Shown here in pieces: positions 39,001 to 48,200 of a stretch of 64,000 nucleotides of DNA. A program made the translations under genes and the position numbers. Source of the stretch: Eledone cirrhosa (taxonomy: Eukaryota); NCBI GenBank assembly GCA_964016885.1, contig CAXHJY010001256.1, positions 1 through 64,000 of the forward strand, given 5' to 3'. Position 1 is the stretch's first letter. Each line of letters opens with the position of its first letter. The notes under the pieces were generated by a model. It worked only from the letters and a program-made list of their open reading frames with translations. It was not told the DNA's origin and ran no database searches.

Positions 39001-41331
39001 TTATTAAACTTTTTTAAGGCAGTGGATTGGCAGACACCTTGCTTTGTAACCTAGAGTTATGGCCCTTTACGTTCTGAGTTCAAATCCCGCCGAGGTTAAC
39101 TTTGCCTTTCATCCTTATGGGGTCGATAAAATAAAGTACCAGTAATGCACTGGGATAATTGCTGGCTTTGTGCCAAAAATAGAAAATCATTAAACTTTTT
39201 TTCTTTTGTTATTCAGGAACAGCCAGGTAGTTTAAAGGATGTTGACATTGCTGTAACAGGAGGTCGGTTATACGCAGTACCGAAGGAAATTTGGCGTTTG
39301 ATTGATCATTTATTTAAATACGGTCGAACACAGGTAAGAAACAGCTTGATTTTTCTTTTCTATCTTGCTACTTCTATAGAAATTCAGTGGCTATGGGGTT
39401 AATGTATTAACTCTTAACACCCTGTAATGATTAACCCAGGTATTTCAAACAATGGGCTGTATTGAATTTCTAAAAATCTTCCACTACTAAAAAATAAGGC
39501 AACTTTGAAATTAGGCAGGCCATTCAGAAAGCCAAACAGGCCACATGCAGCTCATAGACTGCAATTTGTTTGTTGATTAGATTAACACTTTTGATACAAT
39601 CTGCCTGAAAACAGTTTTGTTTCTATAACATAAACACTTTAAAATATGCAATTTTATCTTCATCAAAGTGTGCTCGCTTCATTTCTCTCTACATTCACCT
39701 TTTGTTATCAACTCAGGTGCAACTCCATGAACTTTTTCCATCCTGTTGTTATTCTAGCTACTATGCTTTTAGAACAGCCTCTTCCACTGCTAATTAGATC
39801 ACTTAGGTAACAGAAGCTATCAACAATTTCTGTGGATCCTTCCTGTGATTGGAAAAAAAAGTTTATTTCATTAATACTCCTACTATTAACTATCCTTTTC
39901 TGTTAGTCTGCCTGCAATCACACACTTCTTGTGTACCTAAGAATTACATTGTCTACAATTTTGTGTAGCTCTCCATCAATGTTAAAGGTTAAATTGTTCA
40001 TTAGTTTTGTCTGTCTTACTTTGCTCTAGATTTCAATCCTTTATTTCTAACTTACTTTGTACTGACTTCCATCATTTGGCATGCCAACCCCTTTTGTTTT
40101 AACATTTGTGAATTTTTTCTTCAAGCTTATTCCTCATTTCAATGTCTTTATGTGTACTGGGTGCATTTACTATGTCACCAACACTCATCATCACCATTCA
40201 ATGTCTGTTTTCTATGCTTGCATGGATTAGACAGGTGAAGCTAAGCTGGTTAGGTGACTACGTCCTACTTGTACATCCTTCCTAACACCAACCACTTTTC
40301 AATATGCACTGTAAGCATTAATCATGTCACCAACACTATATGTATATAAATTTCTCACAACCTGTGGTGAATTTATGACAAATACATGATGTAATAAACA
40401 TTTTTTCTATTACAGGAAGACCTTTTCAAACAAGAAGGCCTCAACACTGAAATTTACCAAATTCGGGACTGTCTTGACAGTGGTGCTCCTGAAAAGATTC
40501 ATATCCTTTTGATGCATCAATCCGAACCTCTTTCTACCAAATGTTTATTGATTAGAATATGGTATTGCCTATCCATACAGTAGATGTATTGTGATTGATG
40601 GCTTAAAGATAGTAGACTACTAAACTGGAAACTTTCATTTTATGAGAAGCACTAAATTATAATCCTTAGAGCAGGATCTCCAAAGTGGTCAATATCAACC
40701 TGCAAGTGTCAATGAGACAACTTGGTGGGAAGCAGAATTGAACTTTTGAGGCAAAAACCTGATATTTGTGTAAGAAATGAAAATACATAAAATAATACAA
40801 AAAAACACACAGTCCACGCTGTAATGTGGCCGTGTAGGTAACACGGTAAAAACCTCCCAGTCCACACTGTAAACGTGGTTGGTGTTAGGAAGGGCATCCA
40901 GCCGTAGAAAACCTGCCAGACAGTCCTATACGAGCAAGACAACCAATCTTGCCTCAAGTGGGAAAATTCCCGTCCAAACCCATGCTAGCATGGAAGATGG
41001 ACGTTAAACGATGATGAATACAACTTGCTTATACGAGTTTCTGATTTGTATAGAATTAGTCTTTCATATTCTGTTTACTGTTTTATAATGTGAAAGTACA
41101 TGGTTTCATGGTTAGGGTGTTTGAATCCTGGTGGTATGTTGTGTCCTTGAGCAAGACACTTTATTTTACATTGTTCCAGTCCATTGTGTTGTACCTGTAA
41201 TTTGAAGGGCTATCCTTATCACACTGTGTCATGTTGAAATGCCCAGGGAATTACGTTAAAGGTGCACATGTTAAGTTCATTAGCAGGCAGATCTGTTCAA
41301 ACTGGAACACTTGTCATAACTGACAGAAGTC

Positions 41332-41370
<39 letters not shown>

Positions 41371-44300
41371 AGTGATTTCTGTACACTGAAATGGTTAAAT
41401 ATTTCCTTGACTGCTATGTAGCTGGTGGCATCCATTCTGTAACCAGTGCTCTGATATTGTTCCTCAGATGTCTACCAGAACCTGTGATTCCATGTAATGT
41501 TTACCAAGAATGCCTTCAATTCAGCAACAACTATAATTATTCTCGACAAGTAAGACATTTTTCTTTCAAAATGTGTAACTTATTGAATGTTTTTGTCTTA
41601 ATTCTTGTTAAAGTAGTTTTATTTACATGTATAAGTATGTGTGTGAGAGAGAGATGTTTATGATTTCATAAATTTCTTTATAAAATAACATACCAGTCAC
41701 AAACTAGGTTCGATATAATTGACTTTCCCCTACACCCAAAATTGTTGACCTTGTGTCAAAGTTAGAAACCATTGTTATTTATTTCAGTTAATATTTAAGG
41801 AAGTGTATTCATTGCAGAATCATTAGAATGTTGGATTAAATTACTTGGCATTTCTTTAGGCTCAGTGTGCTCTGAGGTCAAATTCTGCTGATGTCAAACT
41901 TTGCCTTTCTCTCTTTCAGGATTGATAAATAAGATACCAGTCCAGGTAGTACTGGTTTGGTGGAATTGTTAAAGATTTCAAAAAGATGTATCTGATCCCA
42001 CTTCTTTCTGCCAGAGGTTACAACTAACACATAGTACCAGCTCCTTTCACTTGTTGTAAACTATTGTAGAATAGATCATTAAGCTGAACTTTTGAAGCAA
42101 GATTGTTGTTATAGCAGATTAAGTGACATAACTAGCCTTGCAGTGTGCAAGTCATTTCCCTGCCACATCGTTTTGAAACGAAACTTTGACATAGAAAAGT
42201 CCTCTCACTAATGAAGTTATAAATTTGAATTTATACTGTGTTTAGAAATGTCTTATTTTATTTGCATTTAAATGCGTAGAGGAAATAAACAAAGATTGAG
42301 TAGTGAGTGCTCTTTTGACTGATAACATGTGGCTTAGTGGTTAAGGTGTTGGTCTCGCAATCATAAGGTTGGGGGTTAGATTCCTGGACCAGATGCACAT
42401 TGTGTTCTTGAGTAAAACGAATTTCATGTTGCTCCAATCCACTCAGCTGAAAAAATAAGTACATGCAATGGCTGGAGGCTAATCGCTACAATGGACTGGT
42501 AGCTTTTCATGAAAACACACTAGAAAGCTCCTACGAGATGCAACTTTGTAGGAGGCCAGCTAAACCTACATTGGTGCCATGTACACAGTACACTCTATAA
42601 AGGGGTTGGTGAACAAGTGGAGGTAACATAAACTTCCTAGTGTTGGTGGCAAAAAATGCACCCAACATTCTGTAAAGGGATTGATATTTCCAAGGGTATC
42701 CAGTCATAGAAACTGTATCAAAAAGGGAACGTTCAATGAGATGCAGGTTCTTCAACCTACCAAGAAGGCTGATAACTGAATAAAAATTGGTTTGGGCCAA
42801 TGACAATTCATCCAACCCATGCCAGCTTGGAAAATGGACATAAGATAATATAAATACACAGATGATTCTAGAAGGCAAAAAAACGAAGAATTTTATGACA
42901 ACAGAAGTCAAGCTAATTAATACTATGGTCATACCCAACCTGAAGTATTAATCAAACCTGAACTGACAAAAATAAAAAAAGCAGGCAGGCATTTTAGAAC
43001 ATTTCTCTTTCTCTAGTTTTGTGTTACATGAAATCTAGACGGACATTTTTGACAGACTAGCATTCCTGTGACAAACTGACAAAAATCCTGTACAGTGATA
43101 ATATAGATTAATTTTCTTATCAGGTTCTCAGTTCAATTCCTGAACATAATCGGACCGTCTTCAAATACATCTGTGCATTCCTACGAGCACTCTTAGAACA
43201 TTCTGAAGCTAATAATTTGGATCCCAAAACTCTTGGTAAGAAATAGTTTCTTTCATTCTTCTTCATACTTTCCCATATATCTGAAAATATACTGACAGTT
43301 TAGCGTAGGCTCCTGCTTCAACAATGCCCTGTCAGAAAAGAACACTACCACAGTAGTAAGGGTTGGCATGAATACCAAATTGAAGATAGCGAGTTTGGCT
43401 TTTACAACTACCTTCCTTCTGATTAGTGAATGCTGAAGCTGGCAAATTACTGCACCAGCTCCTGCAATTCTTGCACTTAATTCAGCCACTTGTATCATCA
43501 CTCGTGAACATGGCCCTGAGATACTACTTCTCCAGAACTCCATTCACATATAGTGTTCATTATAAATATGCTGCTTGAAATTATACCAAAGCATTATATA
43601 GCTTTTATATTATAGAAGGCTTATAACTCAAAATTATGATCACATGCTTCAAACTGCCCTGGATTTATAATACAAAACAGCATAATTTTGAAATGTTTAT
43701 CCTTATATTGAAACCTTTTATAATTTTATTTTAGAAAGGTTTAGGTTCTAAACATTAGCTTACTAATGAAAAACTTATTTTATCAAATCCTTCCAAATTT
43801 TTTAAATCATAGGTAGTGTCTTTCATTAAAAATAAAGTAAGAAATAGATTTATCATGTATCACATGATAAATCTACGTTTGTCATAACATAGATTTATCA
43901 TGTATCACATGAAGCACGTCTCTAAAATTGTCAAGAGGGCCGAGGGTGTCTTAGCATCACTCAGCAAGACCTTTGTCAGCCGCTCTCCAGATTAGCATCA
44001 CTCAGCCGCTCTCCAGATATCTATTTAAGGCTGTACATGGCTATGGTGCGACCACACTTAGAATTTGCATCACCAGGCTGGAACCCCTATCTTGCTCAGA
44101 ACATTGACCGCCTGGAAACTGTTCAGAGACGTGCAACCAAGCGAATACCCTTCATGAGGCATCTACCATACTCTGAGCGCCTTGCTTCCCTGGGCATGGA
44201 TACATTGAAGCTCCGACGCCTGGCAACTGACTTGGTAACCACCCACAAAACTGTTAATCATGTTGCCAACAACAACCCTGAGTACCTTTTTGATTTCCAT

Positions 44301-44765
44301 ATGTCTAACACACGTGGACATGCCCACAAAGTAAGAAAACAGCATAGTTCCCATGACTTTCGGAAACATTTTTTCACGCTCAGAGTTGCTGAAGCATGGA
44401 ACAAACTACCTGCATGAGTTTGTTAGCTGTCGAGACACTGCATCCTTTAAGGCCTCCATGCTTCCCGAGATCCGCCAACACATACACACATGTACTTCCC
44501 TGACATTTGTGTATTATTCTATGTACTATACATACACCTTTGACGAGTTGTAGTGCACCTGAGCACTTTACACAATAATTTCATTATTATTATTATTATA
44601 AAACTGTTATGACAGTCCTGAATAAATGACGCTCTTCTATTTCCAGCTTCAATATTTGGCCATTTATTCTTACGTCCAAGCAACTCCAAGAGGAATGCTC
44701 AAGATGACACAGCAAAGAAAGCATTATTTGTATTCCACTTCCTTGTTAATGAATATGATGAATGA
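15996..44765 (+). CDS. OCRL: OCRL/INPP5B-family inositol polyphosphate 5-phosphatase, 5'-partial multi-exon gene (20 coding exons, 2306 nt spliced)
   Basis: Hand-spliced exons join in one frame. 5-phosphatase motifs: [64 protein letters not shown]. These are followed by ASH and RhoGAP-like domains. The acidic C-terminus (FLVNEYDE*) has no CaaX box, so it is more OCRL-like than INPP5B-like. Confidence 0.95.
16893..17144. mobile_element. piggyBac-type (TTAA) MITE
   Basis: TTAACCTTTTTGTTACCA...TGGTATCAAAAGGTTTAA; related copies at ~20650-20906 (inverted) and 49549-49706. Confidence 0.65.
19021..19140 (+). CDS. OCRL: OCRL exon (DAFKSDD...[23 protein letters not shown])
   Basis: TTTCTAG/GTAAGT; resembles the RE..EY segment preceding the catalytic domain. 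Confidence 0.9.
19650..19955 (+). repeat. Old RTE/SINE tail with ~5 tandem copies of the AAAAAGCACCCAG-CCACACTGTAAAGTGG module
   Basis: Degenerate repeats of the RTE 3' UTR subunit ending in the GGAAGGG(C/T)ATCC motif and GAT repeats. Confidence 0.65.
20155..20256 (+). CDS. OCRL: OCRL exon ([13 protein letters not shown]...PPDIYAIG)
   Basis: TTCAG/GTAAGC; GTWNVNG motif. Confidence 0.95.
21843..21957 (+). CDS. OCRL: OCRL exon ([13 protein letters not shown]...LHSKAKYKK)
   Basis: AG/GTAAGA; GFQE motif. Confidence 0.95.
23317..23433 (+). CDS. OCRL: OCRL exon ([14 protein letters not shown]...VATGIMGLL)
   Basis: TTCTAG/GTAAGA; LVRLVG and TGIMG motifs. Confidence 0.95.
24779..25270 (-). mobile_element. 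RTE family A 3' end, antisense, internally deleted
   Basis: Reverse complement of ORF end + 3' UTR, (ATC)n tail. Confidence 0.9.
25607..25946 (+). mobile_element. RTE family A 3' end
   Basis: [18 protein letters not shown] + 3' UTR lacking one subunit. Confidence 0.9.
27334..27441 (+). CDS. OCRL: OCRL exon (GNKGGVAVR...[16 protein letters not shown])
   Basis: TTCCAG/GTAATG; family motifs. Confidence 0.97.
28149..28219 (+). CDS. OCRL: OCRL exon ([23 protein letters not shown])
   Basis: CTCCAG acceptor, weak GTATAT donor; frame bridges the flanking exons. Confidence 0.88.
28913..29111. mobile_element. Mariner-type MITE
   Basis: Inverted termini GTCAGCTGAAAAGTTCATAGG / GTTATGAACTTTTTAGCTGAC. 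Confidence 0.6.
29228..29339 (+). CDS. OCRL: OCRL exon ([12 protein letters not shown]...LFPYDQ)
   Basis: TCTAG/GTTAGT; catalytic motif FWxGDLNYR. Confidence 0.97.
30062..30171 (+). CDS. OCRL: OCRL exon ([36 protein letters not shown])
   Basis: TTTCAG/GTAGGA; PTYKYD motif. Confidence 0.97.
31404..31620. repeat. Tandem duplication, 107-bp unit x2
   Basis: CTGCCATCTCTACTCCACTG... starts at 31404 and 31511. Confidence 0.9.
32456..32591 (+). CDS. OCRL: OCRL exon ([16 protein letters not shown]...[13 protein letters not shown])
   Basis: TTTAG/GTAAGT; catalytic motifs PAWCDRIL and SDHKPV. Confidence 0.97.
32809..33024. mobile_element. piggyBac-type (TTAA) MITE, second family
   Basis: TTAA CCCTTTAGTATTTA ... 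TAAATGCTAAAGGG TTAA; inverted relative at ~54540-54700. Confidence 0.75.
33153..33324. repeat. Minisatellite, 43-bp unit x4
   Basis: GATATAGCTAAACTAACTCTTCCATATTCAGTTGCTTTAGTTT repeated near-perfectly. Confidence 0.95.
33480..34235 (-). mobile_element. RTE-clade LINE family C remnant
   Basis: [49 protein letters not shown]; GAA/GGA tail; second piece at ~43355-43550. Confidence 0.85.
34534..34644 (+). CDS. OCRL: OCRL exon ([37 protein letters not shown])
   Basis: TTTCAG/GTGAGT; LD.LENE.LP helix into the ASH domain. Confidence 0.95.
34760..34828 (+). CDS. OCRL: OCRL exon, ASH domain ([23 protein letters not shown])
   Basis: TTCTAG/GTGAAA; conserved ASH NTGQ. Confidence 0.93.
34952..35048 (+). 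CDS. OCRL: OCRL exon, ASH domain ([32 protein letters not shown])
   Basis: ATTAG/GTAAGA; YCKPWL motif. Confidence 0.95.
35148..35918 (+). mobile_element. 5'-truncated RTE family A in OCRL intron
   Basis: [27 protein letters not shown]...; (GAT)n tail. Confidence 0.95.
36726..37060 (+). mobile_element. tRNA-derived SINE, same family as 3385-3730
   Basis: Near-identical full-length copy. Confidence 0.9.
37309..37433 (+). CDS. OCRL: OCRL exon ([11 protein letters not shown]...[17 protein letters not shown])
   Basis: TGCAG acceptor; [13 protein letters not shown] motif; followed by U12 donor ATATCCTTT. Confidence 0.93.
37434..38140 (+). other. U12-type (minor spliceosome) AT-AC intron
   Basis: 5' ATATCCTTT; branch TTTTCTTAAC at 38123-38132; 3' AC at 38139-38140; splicing restores GKDCF|ITVSGNF in frame. 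Confidence 0.93.
38141..38251 (+). CDS. OCRL: OCRL exon ([19 protein letters not shown]...[13 protein letters not shown])
   Basis: AC acceptor, GTAAGT donor; PIREVP motif. Confidence 0.93.
38822..39190 (+). mobile_element. Two tandem copies of a second SINE family
   Basis: CTGAGTTCAAATCCCG(C/T)C(G/A)AGGTTAACTTT(G/A)CCTTTCATCCTT...ATAAAATAAAGTACCAG twice. Decayed relatives at ~17580, 20960, 26480, 30330, 41800, 45505, 45890. Confidence 0.75.
39217..39333 (+). CDS. OCRL: OCRL exon, RhoGAP-like (EQPGSLKD...[19 protein letters not shown])
   Basis: TTCAG/GTAAGA; VPKEIW.L.DHLFKY motif. Confidence 0.96.
40416..40500 (+). CDS. OCRL: OCRL exon ([28 protein letters not shown])
   Basis: TACAG acceptor; EDLF..G and I.DCLD motifs; followed by U12 donor ATATCCTTT. 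Confidence 0.93.
40501..41421 (+). other. U12-type intron with non-canonical AT-AG termini
   Basis: 5' ATATCCTTTT; branch TTTCCTTGAC at 41402-41411; AG at 41420-41421; join C|CT gives ..PEKI-P-GGIHSV in frame. Confidence 0.88.
40800..41018 (+). mobile_element. RTE-related 3' tail inside the AT-AG U12 intron
   Basis: CCACACTGTAAACGTGGTTGGTGTTAGGAAGGGCATCCAGCCGTAGAAA...AACCCATGCTAGCATGGAAG..GACGTTAAACGATGATG. Confidence 0.75.
41422..41549 (+). CDS. OCRL: OCRL exon ([24 protein letters not shown]...YSRQ)
   Basis: HSV..AL..FL..LPEPVI RhoGAP motif; GTAAGA donor. Confidence 0.95.
43124..43235 (+). CDS. OCRL: OCRL exon ([37 protein letters not shown])
   Basis: ATCAG/GTAAGA; VF.Y..AFLR.LL motif. 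Confidence 0.95.
43911..44598 (+). mobile_element. 5'-truncated CR1 LINE in last OCRL intron
   Basis: [16 protein letters not shown]...AWNKLP; (ATT)n tail; same family as 1818-2963. Confidence 0.9.
44647..44765 (+). CDS. OCRL: OCRL last coding exon ([11 protein letters not shown]...[10 protein letters not shown])
   Basis: TTCCAG acceptor; in-frame TGA at 44763-44765. Confidence 0.93.
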
Positions 44766-45254
44766 ACACCATGACAGCAAGATCATCACCGTGCCTTTTT
44801 TTTTTTTTTTTAAGTAGTATATTATCATTCTCATTGTGGCAGGTGAAGTGTAGTGTCAAGGTAGCGGTGATCTAAGTTTACATTTCACAATTGGAACACA
44901 CCTTTGGGAAAGGTTTCAGCATCACAACTTCTTTCCCTTAAACTATAATTTTAAAACTTGATACCTATGTAAAAAGTTTATATTATCTTCAATTTTTGAA
45001 GAGGCGCAATGCCCAAATCTTTAAAATATCAAACTACTAGCACCCAATTCATATCCCACAGCAAGACACATAAATCTGCTTGCTTAGGATTTCATGCTTA
45101 TATAAGAAATCATTGCCATCCACATCATCATCACCACCATATCATCCTTTGAGGGCTTTCATAAACAATGTTGTGAGAATTTTTTTTTTAATCAGTTATT
45201 TGGCCATGGTCAATGATCAGAAACAATTAACCTGTGAAAAGGACGTTTGTTTTT

Positions 45255-45290
<36 letters not shown>

Positions 45291-48200
45291 TGTCTGTTTT
45301 ATTAATCTGCTTGTTGACTGAGAGACCACACACTGGTGTAAATATTCTCAATATTGTGTCTGATGATTTCTGCTTGTCTGCCATTAACAGTCCAATATTC
45401 TGTGGCTCAGGCATTGCAGCTAAACAAAAAATAAGACTAGAAATATTTGCCTATCATTGGTTTAAAACTGGTTCATTCCTAGTATTAGTCTTTAAATGGG
45501 TGGTGGATTAGCAGTATCAATAGTGTCATACAAAATGCTTTGCAGGTTTTAGTTACAACTTTCTATATTCAAAACCTGCAACAGTCTTGCCTTTCATCCT
45601 TCCAGGGGTCCAATAAAATAAAGAACCAGTTACGTACTGGAGTTGATGTAATCTTTCTCCAAATTACTGGCCTTGGCTGATGTTAGAATTATTACCTCCA
45701 TTGTTCATGGTTGTAATGATAGAAGAAATAAAGAGCTGAATGTTTATTAGTTACATACATCCCCGTTTTCAATTCCAGTCAAGTACTTGGATTAATTGCA
45801 TCCTCCCTGAAAATTTGTGAAAAAGTCATTTGGAGTAGCAATGTATCAAACCTTTTGTTATGTTGATTCTGCTCTACCTGCAACATATGTGGTGAATGGC
45901 AGAAATAGTGGAACCAAATGTCTTGCAGTATGTATGTAAGTTACATTCTGATACCAAATCCTGCCAGGTCAATTCTTCTGGGTTGATAAAATAAATACTA
46001 GTCCTATATCTACTCCTTTCCCTACAATTTAAGATTATGTTGCATCTGATATAAGGTTACAATATGGCCATGTTAAGGTTGTGTGACCATACAGATTAAA
46101 CTACTTCACTTACAATGAATAATGCTTGGGGGGCGGGGGGGCATGAATATCATAATTCCTATACCCCTCCCCCCCCATCATTAAAATGTTGGGCTTCATC
46201 TCTGTAAAAGAAGCCCTTAACATCATAGGTGGCAGTGAGTCCAAACTGGTTTGAACCCAGATAGTGCCCATGAGGCAGTAATATTTGCATAATCCTCACC
46301 AATATTCTGAAGTTTCATAAGGTTAATAACTGAGTAGTAATGATGGCATAAACATTTTTAAATTTAGAGTTTTTGCTGTTACAGGTTAAACTATTTTATC
46401 GATGCCCAGAAAGAAGGCAGGCAAAATACCAGTGGTCATTATAATTGACTAATGCACCACTCCAAATGAGGTTTTGGGCTTATATAAAAAAAAATATTGA
46501 GTGATGAATGGACTATTGTTAAAGCCTTGCAGTGTTTACTTTACAAGTTCAACTTCGTATTCCATCCTTCTGGGGGCAATATAATCCACTGTTCCCTCCT
46601 CACCAAATTTCTCGCCTTGTGCCTATGTTAAAAATCAGTACCAACAGGTTTCCAGTGATATAAGAATGAATTAATGCAAGAAATTACTGGACTTTTAATT
46701 AATTGTGCGTGCGTGTATATATATATAGCAGAACACCATTGTGCTTTGTAGTGTTCATTCAATCTTATTGAGATCAACAACAACAAAAAAAAAAGCACCA
46801 GTCCAGTACTGGAGTTGATTCTTTTAGAAAAGAAATCGGCTGTGTTAAAAAACTTACAGGTCCATATATATATAATATAGGTGTAGATCAGGTGTTAAAA
46901 CATGGCCAGCTACTGATACTGGGTAAACGTAAACCTTCGAGGTTTTGCATTAATGTGTATTTATGTCAGCCAGAGAAAATCCCTCACCCTATGATCTCAA
47001 AAAAATAAATAAATATGATGCATATATGCTACAATCTGTATTGAATGATAGATGCTTATTTCCTACGACTGTCTTTCAAGGTTTTATTTTCCCACTATTG
47101 CTGTGTTGGCACTCATGCATTTTATTTTCATATTTACCTGGAATTTTCCTTTTTGAGTTCATGCTGACTACAAAGTGTCAGGGCAAGAAAAATTTGAAGG
47201 ACTTTGAAATAATTACCTATACATTCTATAAATGCATTAACTGTCAGTGGATAATCTCATTTGTATATAGTAAAAACATCTCTAATGAATTTGAAGCAGT
47301 TTTGTCAATGTGGGTCGAAAAAAAAAAAAAAAAAAAGCAATTGTTTTAACATTGTTCAGACACCACTACACCATTAAATAGTTATTCAGTGGCTAGTTTT
47401 ATTCCACTGATAGGGGTTTTACTGTTCATTCAAAAGCATTTTTAGTAATAATGTATTCTATTGAAAGTGCAGGTCAAATACACGTGCCAATCCCCCCCCT
47501 CTAGCTAAATTAGAAACTATGATTTAGCTAGCATACTTTTAATGATTATATATAAATAAAAACTGGTGTCTCCCCTCCCTAAGCTGAGTTTGAATAAACA
47601 CAGCAACATGCTGCAGGATTACAAAGCTTATTCCAGGTTGTGAAGATTCAGGACTGGGCTTCCAAACATTCTTCTTTAAAATATTCCAAGTAAAGCATTA
47701 AATTTATCTAAGGCACTTTCTTTTGCAGTATTGAATGTTATTTAGCAGTTCTTTAGATGTATAAGCTAGCTTATATTTGGTCAATTATATCTCAGTTTCA
47801 AGTAATATCTAAGCTGAAACTAGCAACTATAAAACCATTATATGAAAATATAGCCTACATGATTGGGTTAAGTTACTTGCAGATCACAAGCAAAACATTC
47901 TCCGAAACGTAAGTTCACAATTGCTTGACAGTGTAAATAAAACCACACAATGTAGTAGTTTCACTTCAAAACAAAGATTATTCCAATGACTTAGAGCAAT
48001 ATTGTGTTACGATGTGTTACTACTAAGAGAAAATATTTGAGGTTGTGTTGCAGTGTACTGGACCTCATTTCAATCTTGAGTTAATTCTGGTAAATTGAAA
48101 TAGCTCTGCTTCTTTATGTCACTAAGAAATATAATTCTAAGTTTTCCTCCCAAAAGTCTTATTTCTCAACATTCAACCCTGGTAACTAGCTTGAAAATGG

